NCBI GenBank assembly: GCA_021161865.1
Contig: JAGGZU010000015.1
Coordinates: forward strand, 1-36,977
Direction: 5' to 3'
Length of the DNA: 36,977 bases
DNA from: Thermoplasmata archaeon
GTDB taxonomy: Archaea; Thermoplasmatota; E2; DHVEG-1; B18-G2
Shown here: positions 16,576 through 25,602 of the stretch, piece by piece
How positions within the stretch are numbered: position 1 is the stretch's first letter
How the letters are laid out: each line of letters begins with the position of its first letter
Made by a program: the position numbers and the translations under genes
Notes under the pieces: generated by a model
Seen by the model: the letters and a program-made list of their open reading frames with translations, nothing else
What the model was told of the DNA's origin: nothing
Databases searched by the model: none

Positions 16576-17461
16576 TATCTTCCTTAAAGATGAGCATATA
16601 AAAAAGATTCTTTCTCCGCATCCCTTGTCATTTATGGGGCTGCAGTCACTGTGGCTTTTCATACTGCTATGGGGTATTGTGCTGTGGTGGCTGGCAAGCT
16701 TTTCTCAGTACACCTCCTTTTTTGGTGACTGGGCTGTTTTGCTCGCTGTTTGGTGGCTGGTCACTGTGGTTGTTGGTGTTATAGCGTCACTTGTTGCTAT
16801 ACGGTGGCGTATACTTTTCATCTACGTTGGCATACTGCTGTTGGGCACCTTTGTTTTATGGCAGACCAGTTGGCTTTATGACACTGGTTTGGTAAAGCTT
16901 TTCATACTGCTTTACTCCATAGGCATGGCTGGTTTAATGTTCTTGGTAGTGTTTGCGTATGTTAAATCTCATAAGTACATTATAACGGATTTACGTATAA
17001 TATTTAGAGGTGGAATTATTAAGAAACGTGAGAGAACACTCCGTTACGATAAGGTAACTGATGTGGATGGTGAACAGAGTATACTCGGTCAGATTTTTGG
17101 GTTTGGAACCATTATACCAATCACTCAGTCAGGTTTTGGCTTGGGATCTGACCAAACCTTTGCTGCTGGTGGAGTGGAAGCGCAGGGTAAAAAGATAGGG
17201 ATTTTCGGTCTCGCAGGCGGCAGTAAGGAGGTGAAAACCCCAAGGGCGAGAAGCTATTATGAACTGCATGGTGTTTACCCATATCGTGAGATTAGGAAAC
17301 TAGTTGAGGAGCTTATCCAGGGAAGCGTTATAACACCATATCAGAAGGAGCAGGTTGAACTTCAAAAAGAGCAGGTTGAGCTTCATAAGGAGGAGATTGA
17401 GCTTCATAAGGCTATGAAATCGTTTTTGGAGAAGCAGAAACAACTTAATGATGACAAGTAA
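16550..17461 (+). CDS. Membrane protein with bacterial-PH (bPH_2/DUF304, YdbS/YdbT-like) domain and a C-terminal coiled-coil repeat
   Basis: 303 aa. N-terminal ILSPHPLSF, four TM spans, then YIITDLRIIFRGGIIKKRERTLRYDKVTDVDGEQSILGQIFGFGTI, typical of bPH_2. The tail is QKEQVELQKEQVELHKEEIELHK. Confidence 0.65.
   Translation: MLKMKNEDDIFLKDEHIKKILSPHPLSFMGLQSLWLFILLWGIVLWWLASFSQYTSFFGDWAVLLAVWWLVTVVVGVIASLVAIRWRILFIYVGILLLGTFVLWQTSWLYDTGLVKLFILLYSIGMAGLMFLVVFAYVKSHKYIITDLRIIFRGGIIKKRERTLRYDKVTDVDGEQSILGQIFGFGTIIPITQSGFGLGSDQTFAAGGVEAQGKKIGIFGLAGGSKEVKTPRARSYYELHGVYPYREIRKLVEELIQGSVITPYQKEQVELQKEQVELHKEEIELHKAMKSFLEKQKQLNDDK
17348..17410 (+). repeat. 3 x 21-bp in-frame tandem repeat (heptad EQVELQK / EQVELHK / EEIELHK)
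   Basis: Units gagcaggttgaacttcaaaaa / gagcaggttgagcttcataag / gaggagattgagcttcataag, read directly from the sequence. Confidence 0.9.
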
Positions 17462-17472
17462 CTGATAGATAG

Positions 17473-17480
17473 TTTTAAAA
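17473..17480 (+). promoter_or_regulatory. Candidate TATA box (TTTTAAAA) for pdaD
   Basis: Centred ~28 nt upstream of ATG 17505, giving leaderless geometry. Confidence 0.45.
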
Positions 17481-17504
17481 TCTGAATGTAAATATACCTG
17501 GAGC

Positions 17505-18050
17505 ATGGTACCGAAGACCGTGTTTTTCACAAAAGGCGTCGGTAGACACCGTGACCGTTTGCAATCCTTTGAGTTAGCCCTTAGAAACGCTGGTATACAG
17601 ATGTGTAACATTGTGAGGGTTTCAAGTATTATTCCACCAAACTGCAAGGTTATATCAAGGGAGAAGGGTATAGCGAAGCTTAAACCAGGGGAGATAACCT
17701 ACTGTGTGATATCGCAGAATGAAACAAATGAGCCTAACAGGTTGATTGGTGCATCAATCGGTGTTGCTATACCTAAGGACAGGAACACCTATGGTTACAT
17801 TTCTGAGCATCACAGTTACGGTGAGGTGAGTAAGAAAGCGGGAGATTATGCTGAGGATCTGGCTGCGACCATGCTTGCGACAACCCTTGGTTTGGATTTT
17901 GACATCGAGAAGGCCTGGGATGAACGTAAACAGGAGTTTAAGATGAGCGGTAGAATCGTTAAAACAAGTAGTGTGACGCAGACCGCTGTTGGTGACAAAA
18001 ACGGGAAGTGGACAACGGTTATCGCTGCCGCGGTTTTTGTAGAGGAGTAG
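17505..18050 (+). CDS. pdaD: Pyruvoyl-dependent arginine decarboxylase
   Basis: 181 aa. N-terminal FFTKGVGRH and the self-cleavage Ser-Ser site in [12 protein letters not shown], as in the PdaD family. Confidence 0.85.
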   Translation: MVPKTVFFTKGVGRHRDRLQSFELALRNAGIQMCNIVRVSSIIPPNCKVISREKGIAKLKPGEITYCVISQNETNEPNRLIGASIGVAIPKDRNTYGYISEHHSYGEVSKKAGDYAEDLAATMLATTLGLDFDIEKAWDERKQEFKMSGRIVKTSSVTQTAVGDKNGKWTTVIAAAVFVEE

Positions 18051-18053
18051 TTT

Positions 18054-19127
18054 TTAATCGCTCAACATAAGGTTGAACTCTTTTGCTTCACGTGTTTTTT
18101 TCCAGTTACCTGAGTGATAGGCGTAGCTGGCTATCAAAGGGAGAGCAATCGTTGCTTCTGAGAAAACCATCTGCGTGTTTCTGTCGGCAACCTTGCCCCA
18201 GGAGTGTGCCTCCTTCAACGTTGAGCCAGATAAACCTCCGTCGCGTTCATCTGCTACTGTGATTTGTATAGCATACTTGTGCATCGGCGTGTTTTCACCT
18301 ATAATATCAGCTGCTATAGTAACGTCTTGAGCAAAGTTTTTCGGTACACCTCCACTCACCATGAACAAGCCTGTATCCTTGGATTTGATTTTTATTTTTG
18401 TTAATTCAAGGAAATCTTTTGCTGAATCAATGTGAACCATGGGTTTGTTTTTTCTATGCCATTGATGGTAAACTAAACCAAAACCTGCGCTGCAGTCTGA
18501 GAAAGCTGGAACAAATATTGGAAGATTTTTTTTGTAGGCAAGCCTAACCACAGAGTCTTCTCCTTTACCTTCCTTTTCTAGGTACTCCCCCATTGCCTGT
18601 ATGAACTCTCTTGATGAGTATGCACCTGGTGTGAGTGAGTCAGCTATCTCCGCTATGGTCATGTCGCAAACCCGTAGTTCATCTTCGTCTATGAACGTGT
18701 CGTATATCCTGTCTATCCTGTTTCTAAACAATTCTTCGTCATCTACGAGGGGTGTGCCCTGGTAGTGTTTGAAACCCAGTGCTTCAAAAAAATCCTGGTC
18801 GACTATGATTGCCCCTGATGAAACTATGACGTCCACCATGTTGTTGTCAACGAGGTCATAAACGATTTTTTTTAAACCTGCGCTGAAAAGAGAGCCTGCT
18901 AGGCATAGTATTATACTGCAGTCCCTGTCTGACAGCATTTTTTTGTAGAGTTTTGCAGCGTTCGCAAGGTTTTTTGCTTGAAAAGCAGTTTTTTCAAACT
19001 GTTCTATTATTGGTGTAGTATCAAAGTTTTTTATGTCTATGTGTTGAACCTTATCCTTGAGAAGCCTTTCATCCATGTGTGCCGCAAATAACTCAAACGT
19101 TTTTCTCTTTTTCGAAAGTGTTAACAT
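18054..19127 (-). CDS. dys: Deoxyhypusine synthase
   Basis: 357 aa. Family-typical blocks LAGSLFSAGL, SGAIIVDQDFFEALG, SGGVPKNF, HSWGK. Start uncertain: only 29 bp separate ATG 19127 from the divergent gene, and Met18 at 19076 is an alternative. Confidence 0.85.
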   Translation of the reverse strand: MLTLSKKRKTFELFAAHMDERLLKDKVQHIDIKNFDTTPIIEQFEKTAFQAKNLANAAKLYKKMLSDRDCSIILCLAGSLFSAGLKKIVYDLVDNNMVDVIVSSGAIIVDQDFFEALGFKHYQGTPLVDDEELFRNRIDRIYDTFIDEDELRVCDMTIAEIADSLTPGAYSSREFIQAMGEYLEKEGKGEDSVVRLAYKKNLPIFVPAFSDCSAGFGLVYHQWHRKNKPMVHIDSAKDFLELTKIKIKSKDTGLFMVSGGVPKNFAQDVTIAADIIGENTPMHKYAIQITVADERDGGLSGSTLKEAHSWGKVADRNTQMVFSEATIALPLIASYAYHSGNWKKTREAKEFNLMLSD

Positions 19128-19156
19128 ACTTAGGATGCTACTTGTTTTGAACGGTC

Positions 19157-19651
19157 ATGAAAACGCTTGTTGTGTTTTACTCAAGGACAGGTACAACAAA
19201 AGCTGTTGCAGAAAGGTTAGTGGAGGCTTTGGGTTGTGATAGTGAGGAGATTGTTGACACAAAAAACAGGAGGGGTTCGATTGGTTTCTTACGCTCCGGG
19301 TATGATGCTGTTAAAAGGAGGTTAACCACGATAAAACCAACTCGTAGAGATCCCTCAGAGTATAATCTAGTGGTTGTTGGCACCCCTGTTTGGGTGGGTA
19401 CGTTTTCAGCGGCTGTTAGAACATATCTTTATTTAAATCAGAATCTACCTGAGAATGTAGCCTTTTTTTGCACATACGGCAGGGGTTCAGAGGATGCTGA
19501 GAAGGTTTTTGCTGAGATGCAGAGGGTGAGTAAAAGGAAACCGGTTGCTGTGATGGGTTTGAAGGCTAAGGATGTGAAGAAAGGAGTGTATGAGCACGCT
19601 ATACAACGTTTTGTTGATGAAATCAAAGGTTCTGCTCGACAGGTGAAGTAA
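19157..19651 (+). CDS. Flavodoxin-like fold protein
   Basis: 164 aa. N-terminal MKTLVVFYSRTGTTKAVAERL (flavodoxin phosphate-binding loop S/T-x-T-G-x-T). Confidence 0.6.
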   Translation: MKTLVVFYSRTGTTKAVAERLVEALGCDSEEIVDTKNRRGSIGFLRSGYDAVKRRLTTIKPTRRDPSEYNLVVVGTPVWVGTFSAAVRTYLYLNQNLPENVAFFCTYGRGSEDAEKVFAEMQRVSKRKPVAVMGLKAKDVKKGVYEHAIQRFVDEIKGSARQVK

Positions 19652-19741
19652 AAAGTGTTTCATAAAAACTCTATTATGATGGGGGCAAGGTTTTAATACT
19701 GCTTGTTTTATCTGGGTTCTCCAGCTATTGTTTAAGAGGTA

Positions 19742-22186
19742 ATGGATATGGAAGAAGTGTTTATCAAATGGTTTGAGGAACTTGGTATTGATGATGTACC
19801 ACTTGTTGGTGGAAAAAACGCTTCACTCGGCGAGATGATAAGGAGCCTTAGTGAGAAAGGGGTTAGTGTGCCCTCTGGTTTCGCTATCACCGCTTATGCT
19901 TACAAGTACACGGTTGAGAAGGCAGGGATAGATAAGAAAATTAGAGAGATTCTCTCTGATCTTGACACCCATGATGTTAATAACCTTGCTGAGCGAGGAG
20001 AGAAGATAAGGAATTTGATTAAAAACACTCCACTTCCAAAGGAGTTGGAGGAGGAGATAAGGAAGTTTTACAGGGAGATGGAGAAACGTTATGGTGAAAA
20101 CGTTGATGTTGCTGTGCGTAGCAGTGCAACCGCTGAGGATCTTCCTGATGCAAGTTTTGCTGGGCAGCAGGAAACGTATTTGAATGTTAGAGGTGAAGAG
20201 GAGCTTCTTGAGAAGGTGAGGGAGTGTTTTGCATCTCTTTTTACAAATAGAGCCATCTCTTATAGGGTGGATAAGGGTTTTGATCATTTCAGTGTTTATC
20301 TTTCCGTTGGTGTGCAGAAGATGGTTCGCTCTGATCTTGCTTCTTCTGGTGTTATGTTTTCTATTGACACTGAGAGTGGTTTCAAGGATGTTGTTTACAT
20401 CACAGGCGCCTATGGTTTAGGTGAGAATGTAGTGCAAGGTACGGTTAACCCTGATCAGTTTTATGTGTTTAAACCAACCTTGAAGAAAGGTTTTAAACCG
20501 ATTATTGAGAAAAAACTTGGTTCCAAGGAAAAGAGGCTCGTCTATGGGGAAAGGGGAACGGTGCAGCAGGAGGTTAGCCTGGAGGATAGAAGGAAGTTTG
20601 TTATCAACGATGACGAGATACTCAAACTGGCAAACTGGGCATGCATAATCGAGGAGCATTATAACAAACCTATGGATATGGAGTGGGCTAAGGATGGAAT
20701 AACTGGCGAGTTGTTTATTGTTCAGGCGAGACCTGAGACTGTTCACTCTCAGAAGGAGATGGCTGTTCTTGAAACCTATATTCTTGAGGAGAAAAGCGAT
20801 ATTCTTGCAGAGGGTGAGGCAGTAGGTAGCAAGATTGGTCAAGGTGAGGTTAATGTTATAAGGGATGCTAAGGAGATTTCTAAGTTCAGGAAGGGCCAGG
20901 TTTTGGTTACTGAGATGACTGACCCTGATTGGGAGCCGATTATGAAGGTTGCAGCTGCTATTGTTACAAACAGTGGTGGTAGAACCTGTCATGCTGCGAT
21001 TATTTCAAGGGAGCTCGGTATACCATGTGTGATTGGGACTGGTAACGCCACTGAGGTTCTTAAATCCGGGCAGAAGGTGACCGTTGATTGTTCTGAAGGC
21101 GTTGGGCGTATCTATGATGGTCTCCTTAAGTACAGGGTTGATACGTTGAAGTTGGATAACCTGCCTAGAACTAAAACTCAGATTATGATGAATGCTGGCG
21201 TCCCTGAGAAGGCTTTTGTGCAGGGGCAGATACCGAATGATGGTGTTGGTCTTGCTAGGGAGGAGTTCATAATCAACTCTTACATTGGTATTCACCCACT
21301 TGCTCTCCTTGAGTATGAGAAGCTTAAGGAGAGGGCTAAGGAGGATTCTAAGATAGCAGAGGTTGTCAAAACCATTGAGGAACGGAGTTACGGTTATGAT
21401 AATAAGGCTGATTTCTTCGTTGATGTGCTCGCCAGAGGTATCGGTAAGATTGCCGCCGCTTTTTACCCAAACGATGTTATAGTTAGACTCTCCGATTTTA
21501 AGAGTAACGAGTATGCTAACCTTGTTGGCGGTTACCTTTATGAACCTTTGGAGCACAACCCGATGATAGGATGGCGTGGGGCATCAAGGTACTATGATGA
21601 GAAGTTTAAGCCAGCGTTTGCCCTTGAGTGCAGAGCCATTAAGAAGGTTAGAGATGAGATGGGTTTAACTAATGTTAAGGTGATGGTTCCATTCTGCAGG
21701 ACACCTGATGAGGGACGGAAGGTCATAGCGGTTATGGAGGAGTTCGGTCTTAAACAAGGGGAAAACGGTTTAGAGGTTTATGTGATGTGTGAGATACCGT
21801 CTAATGTTGTTGTTGCAGATCAGTTTGCTGACGTGTTTGATGGTTTCAGCATAGGAAGCAATGATTTAACCCAACTCACTCTTGGGTTGGACAGAGACTC
21901 CGATCTGGTTGCGCATATTTTTGATGAACGTAATGAGGCTGTAAAGAGACTGGTTAAACAGGTGATTGATGTAGCGCATTCCCATAATCCAAGGAGGAAG
22001 ATAGGTATCTGCGGTCAGGCACCCAGTGATTTCCCAGAGTTTGCAGAGTTTTTGGTTGAGTGCGGCATCGACAGCATGTCTTTAAACCCTGATACTGTGA
22101 TGAAAACAAGGTTGTTGGTTGCTGAGACTGAGAAAAAACTTGGAGTAAACAAGGAAGAGGTCATATCCTCCAGTAGCACGACATAG
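19742..22186 (+). CDS. ppsA: Phosphoenolpyruvate synthase (pyruvate, water dikinase)
   Basis: 814 aa. N-terminal ATP-grasp (GGKNASLGEM), phosphohistidine swivel motif GGRTCHAAIISRELGIPCV, C-terminal PEP-utilising TIM barrel (GSNDLTQ). ATG 19748 is better spaced from the GAGGT SD than 19742. Confidence 0.92.
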   Translation: MDMEEVFIKWFEELGIDDVPLVGGKNASLGEMIRSLSEKGVSVPSGFAITAYAYKYTVEKAGIDKKIREILSDLDTHDVNNLAERGEKIRNLIKNTPLPKELEEEIRKFYREMEKRYGENVDVAVRSSATAEDLPDASFAGQQETYLNVRGEEELLEKVRECFASLFTNRAISYRVDKGFDHFSVYLSVGVQKMVRSDLASSGVMFSIDTESGFKDVVYITGAYGLGENVVQGTVNPDQFYVFKPTLKKGFKPIIEKKLGSKEKRLVYGERGTVQQEVSLEDRRKFVINDDEILKLANWACIIEEHYNKPMDMEWAKDGITGELFIVQARPETVHSQKEMAVLETYILEEKSDILAEGEAVGSKIGQGEVNVIRDAKEISKFRKGQVLVTEMTDPDWEPIMKVAAAIVTNSGGRTCHAAIISRELGIPCVIGTGNATEVLKSGQKVTVDCSEGVGRIYDGLLKYRVDTLKLDNLPRTKTQIMMNAGVPEKAFVQGQIPNDGVGLAREEFIINSYIGIHPLALLEYEKLKERAKEDSKIAEVVKTIEERSYGYDNKADFFVDVLARGIGKIAAAFYPNDVIVRLSDFKSNEYANLVGGYLYEPLEHNPMIGWRGASRYYDEKFKPAFALECRAIKKVRDEMGLTNVKVMVPFCRTPDEGRKVIAVMEEFGLKQGENGLEVYVMCEIPSNVVVADQFADVFDGFSIGSNDLTQLTLGLDRDSDLVAHIFDERNEAVKRLVKQVIDVAHSHNPRRKIGICGQAPSDFPEFAEFLVECGIDSMSLNPDTVMKTRLLVAETEKKLGVNKEEVISSSSTT

Positions 22187-23192
22187 TCTGCTTTACTTCG
22201 TTCACAGTCTTCTTAGTCTCATCCAACCTTACATCTCTTACAGTTTTCTCATTTATTATATCATTTTTTTTCATTAACCCACACATTATATTGTAATAAG
22301 CGTATATGCTTGCCCTGCTGTTGTACCCTCCACCAAACAGAACAAGTAGTTTTTTACAGGTTTCCTCTGAGAGTTTTCTTATCTCCTCTGCAAAAAAATA
22401 GTAGGTGGGGTAGGTTAGAAGTATGTTTGCTAATGGGTCTGAGTGGTGGGTGTCAACTCCTGACTGGTATATGATTAGTTGAGGAGCGAACTGTTTAACA
22501 ATCTTGGGAATTATCTCAAGGAAAGCGTACCGGTAGCTTTCATCACCAGCTCCCCTTGGAAAGGGCATGTTGATGGTGTAACCTTCTCCTTTCTTTTCCC
22601 CTGTTTCGTTCACAAATCCGGTTCCAGGGTAAAGTGTTCTACCATCCTGATGGAAGGATATGAGGAGAACATCGTTTCTTTTGTAAAATATTTCTTGTGT
22701 GCCGTTGGCATGATGTACGTCAAGGTCTATTATTGCAATCCTTTTTATGTCATATTTTTCTTTTAAAACCTCTATTGCTATTGCGATGTCGTTGAAGAAG
22801 CAGAAACCTGATGAGTGGTTTACACCAGCATGGTGGAAACCGCCTAAAGGATTCACGGCTATGTTGTAACCCTCGAAAAGTTTTTTTCCAGATAGTATTG
22901 ATCCACCGACAGCGAGTCGTGCTACATCGTATATGCCTTTGGGTGCGGGTGTGTCTATTGAAAGGTAGCCTCCTTCTCTGCTGAGTTGTTTTATTTTTTC
23001 TATGAACTCTTTGGTGTGAACCTTAAGTAGATCTTCTTCTTTTGCTTCTGCGGGTTTAAAGATATCAAGTTCATCAGTCAGTTTTTTTTCTTTGAAGAAA
23101 TCAAGTGTTTTTCTGGGTTTATCTCCTATCAAAGGGTGATCCTGACCAAGGTCGTATTCATTGTATTTTTCATGGTAGGAAAACACTATCAT
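22161..23192 (-). CDS. Histone deacetylase-family (AcuC/AphA-like) Zn-dependent deacetylase, paralogue 1
   Basis: GGFHHAGVNHSSGFCFFND and IDLDVHHANGTQEIFY catalytic blocks, plus GGGYN. I prefer ATG 23192 (MIVFSYHEKY...) over track start 23270. The 3' end overlaps the ppsA 3' end by 26 nt (convergent). Confidence 0.8.
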   Translation of the reverse strand: MIVFSYHEKYNEYDLGQDHPLIGDKPRKTLDFFKEKKLTDELDIFKPAEAKEEDLLKVHTKEFIEKIKQLSREGGYLSIDTPAPKGIYDVARLAVGGSILSGKKLFEGYNIAVNPLGGFHHAGVNHSSGFCFFNDIAIAIEVLKEKYDIKRIAIIDLDVHHANGTQEIFYKRNDVLLISFHQDGRTLYPGTGFVNETGEKKGEGYTINMPFPRGAGDESYRYAFLEIIPKIVKQFAPQLIIYQSGVDTHHSDPLANILLTYPTYYFFAEEIRKLSEETCKKLLVLFGGGYNSRASIYAYYNIMCGLMKKNDIINEKTVRDVRLDETKKTVNEVKQTMSCYWRI

Positions 23193-23250
23193 GTCGTTCC
23201 TGGGATTACTATTAACAATCTTTTTATTAGGGTTTCTATTAACGCAAACT

Positions 23251-23814
23251 ATGGAAGTAATTCCTCTCATTTATGTTAACAACGACAATGTTCTTGATAG
23301 CAAGGGACTCAGGGTGAGAGATTGGAATAAGTTTATGGAGCATATGAATAATGTTTATGTGTTTGATATAGGGGGTATGAAGAGAAATAAACCAAGTTTA
23401 GAGTTGTATCAGAGGATTGGAGAGTATGCAGCTCTGTGGGTGGATGCTTCTCCAAGAAGGTTTGAGGATGTTATGGATGTTGTTGTAGCTGGTGCTGAAA
23501 AAGTCACTATTAGGAAACCTTTTTTCAGTGATGATGTTTCAAAGGTTTTTGATGCTGTGGAGGTGGAGGTGTACAGCGGGTTTGATGTTGAGGAGTTGGT
23601 GAGTAACAGGTTGAGTGACTTGCATGGTGAGTGGACAGGTGTTGTTGTTTACGTGAAAAATCCTCTTAGTCTTAAGGAGAGAGGTTTTTTGAGGGATTTA
23701 GCAGCTGAGACACCGGTTTTTGTTGTGGAGAAGGAGAAGGGTTTTGTTGATGAAAGGAGAGGTGAGGAGATCGGTTTAGCAGGTTTGGTTTATCCAGTTG
23801 AGTTGGAGGGGTGA
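23251..23814 (+). CDS. HisA/HisF-related (beta/alpha)-barrel-like protein, archaeal uncharacterised family
   Basis: MEVIPLIYVNND...VYVFDIGGMKRNKPSLELYQRI...LWVDASPRRFEDVMDVVVAGAEKVTI resembles the proFAR-isomerase pattern. Trimmed from track start 23191, which would overlap the divergent deacetylase gene. The family call is tentative. Confidence 0.45.
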   Translation: MEVIPLIYVNNDNVLDSKGLRVRDWNKFMEHMNNVYVFDIGGMKRNKPSLELYQRIGEYAALWVDASPRRFEDVMDVVVAGAEKVTIRKPFFSDDVSKVFDAVEVEVYSGFDVEELVSNRLSDLHGEWTGVVVYVKNPLSLKERGFLRDLAAETPVFVVEKEKGFVDERRGEEIGLAGLVYPVELEG

Positions 23815-24323
23815 ACAGGTTGATTAATGAGATGAGAAGAGTCATAGCTTTTGTGTTTCGTAGAGCAGGTGTTGAGGAGATGAAAAAATCTGAGTTTTAT
23901 CTCGCTCTTTCTATGCATCTTAGGTGGTGTACGGTTGATGAGGCGAAGGGTTTTCTTAGCAACGCTGTTAACAAGGGTTTGCTTGAGGAGAAGAATGGGT
24001 ATGTTAAACCAGTTTTTTCTTTGGATGACGTTGAAATCCCTTTGGATTTTAAACCTTCCTCAGATGTTTTTGTTTTTAAAAAGGATGAGGTTGAGCAGGT
24101 GAAGGTGGTTGAGCAGAGAAACATTGATTTTTTGTTATCTCAGTTACTTGAAACAGGTGATTCGGAGCAGGTTTTTTCTGAGATTGAGAGGATAATGGAG
24201 GAGAAGCAGGTGATAAGGGAGGTAGCTGTTTTGTTTTTTGCTCATAAAAAAGGTTTTGATGTTTCTGAGTACGTGGAGGATGTGTTTAGGTTGGTAAGAA
24301 GTGAAGCATTAAAGGTAGAATGA
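23811..24323 (+). CDS. Hypothetical protein, possibly the DUF2240-like archaeal family
   Basis: 170 aa. FYLALSMHLRWCTVDEAKGFLSNAVNKGLLEE...VEIPLDFKP resembles a winged-helix-like archaeal DUF. The GTG start overlaps the upstream TGA (GTGA). The 3' end overlaps the convergent gene by 38 nt. Confidence 0.4.
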   Translation: MNRLINEMRRVIAFVFRRAGVEEMKKSEFYLALSMHLRWCTVDEAKGFLSNAVNKGLLEEKNGYVKPVFSLDDVEIPLDFKPSSDVFVFKKDEVEQVKVVEQRNIDFLLSQLLETGDSEQVFSEIERIMEEKQVIREVAVLFFAHKKGFDVSEYVEDVFRLVRSEALKVE

Positions 24324-25602
24324 GTATGCCCATGCAGTGGCTTCTTCTCACTCCAAATGTTATGGGAAGTAACCCTATGGTTGTTGCTACGAATAAAACA
24401 GCTAAACCGGTTAGTCCTGTGAAGATGAAGGTTAGGGTGGTTAAAGCAACGATTGTGGTTTTTACAAGTATGTTGTATGGTATAAGATCGATGTGTTTCG
24501 CTACTTTTTTACCTAAAAAACATGTTAGAGGGTACGCTAGTGATCCTGCAACAATGATTGGGATCAACAAGTGTATTAGCAGGACAGGTGGGGCGAATCT
24601 TGTCCATTCTTCTACAGGTAGCAGGTTTGAGAGTGTAACTATTACACCGCTTCTGGTTTTATGAAGGGTAAACAGTAAAGCTAGAGTGAGTATAGCGTTT
24701 ACGGTGTTCACCGCTGACAGGGTTATGATGACTTGTTTTGTGTCGGTTTCTCCTCTTGCTGTTAACGCTATTATGGTTCCAGTTGCTGGTGTCACGCCAG
24801 GTATGATGGAGACGAAGGAGCCAGCGAGTGTTCCAGTGAGTATTGAGACGAAGGATTTTTTTCTTTCACCGGGTTTTAAATGAGGGTCTTCAATGTTTTG
24901 TTTTTGGATTGGGGTTGGGAAACGAAGAGAGTGTATTTGTGTTGACATACCGAACAAGCCGGCGAGAGCTGGAAAAAGTATGGAGGATGATAGTGAAAAT
25001 GGTGAGTTAACTGGGAGGTCAAGTATTATTAAACCGAAAACCCCTGAGAGTAGTACTGTTAGTGTTGCTGCAAACAGTGTTTGGATATAGTTTTTCAGTT
25101 TTTTGCCGTGTTTAGGTTTTTCTGTGCCAAGCATAAGTAAAACCACGGCTAGTAGTACCCAGAACATGTTTTCGTTGATAGTTTCATAAAAATTCAAGGG
25201 TTCACTTAAGATGATTTTGATAGGAATTATAAGGAGTACACCAATTAGTAATGCACCGAAGCTTCCAAGTGCTGAGAAAACAACAGCCTCATATCCCTGT
25301 CCGTTTAGAAGCATTTTATGCGCTGGTAGAACAGATAGTGATTCATCTTCATCTGGGGCACCAAGGAATGTTGCTGGTATTATGTTCACAAACGTGTGGG
25401 TTATGGATACGCTGACTATGAATACACCCATTAGTAGCAGACTTTTTTCTGTTAACCAGTTTAGTAGCATTATGAAAACGTTTACTGATGACAGCAGAAG
25501 CATTGATATTGTGTTGACATGTAAACCAGGTATTAAACCCGTGATGCATCCAACCAGTAAACCTGTTATTGATAATAGGATGATTAAGATTAGGTCAGTC
25601 AA
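24286..25602 (-). CDS. DUF112 / TctA-like polytopic membrane protein (putative permease)
   Basis: 438 aa, ~11-12 hydrophobic spans. GLIPGLHVNT, FLGAPDEDESLSVLPAHKMLLNGQGYEAV and a second IIPGVTPATG block resemble the duplicated TctA/DUF112 signature. The start overlaps the upstream gene by 8 nt. Confidence 0.55.
   Translation of the reverse strand: MTDLILIILLSITGLLVGCITGLIPGLHVNTISMLLLSSVNVFIMLLNWLTEKSLLLMGVFIVSVSITHTFVNIIPATFLGAPDEDESLSVLPAHKMLLNGQGYEAVVFSALGSFGALLIGVLLIIPIKIILSEPLNFYETINENMFWVLLAVVLLMLGTEKPKHGKKLKNYIQTLFAATLTVLLSGVFGLIILDLPVNSPFSLSSSILFPALAGLFGMSTQIHSLRFPTPIQKQNIEDPHLKPGERKKSFVSILTGTLAGSFVSIIPGVTPATGTIIALTARGETDTKQVIITLSAVNTVNAILTLALLFTLHKTRSGVIVTLSNLLPVEEWTRFAPPVLLIHLLIPIIVAGSLAYPLTCFLGKKVAKHIDLIPYNILVKTTIVALTTLTFIFTGLTGLAVLFVATTIGLLPITFGVRRSHCMGILILPLMLHFLPT

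Noticed and set aside
19823-21556. Long antisense ORFs inside ppsA (19823-20287, 20417-20992, 21005-21556)
   Set aside because: ppsA is unambiguous on the plus strand, with all three domains and the catalytic His motif. The antisense ORFs follow from purine-rich coding sequence that lacks reverse-frame stops.
23191-23270. Mutually overlapping N-terminal extensions of the divergent ORFs 22161-23270 (-) and 23191-23814 (+)
   Set aside because: The extended N-termini are hydrophobic or basic junk with no homology pattern. The internal ATGs (23192 minus, 23251 plus) begin exactly where family-typical sequence starts (MIVFSYHEKY; MEVIPLIYV).
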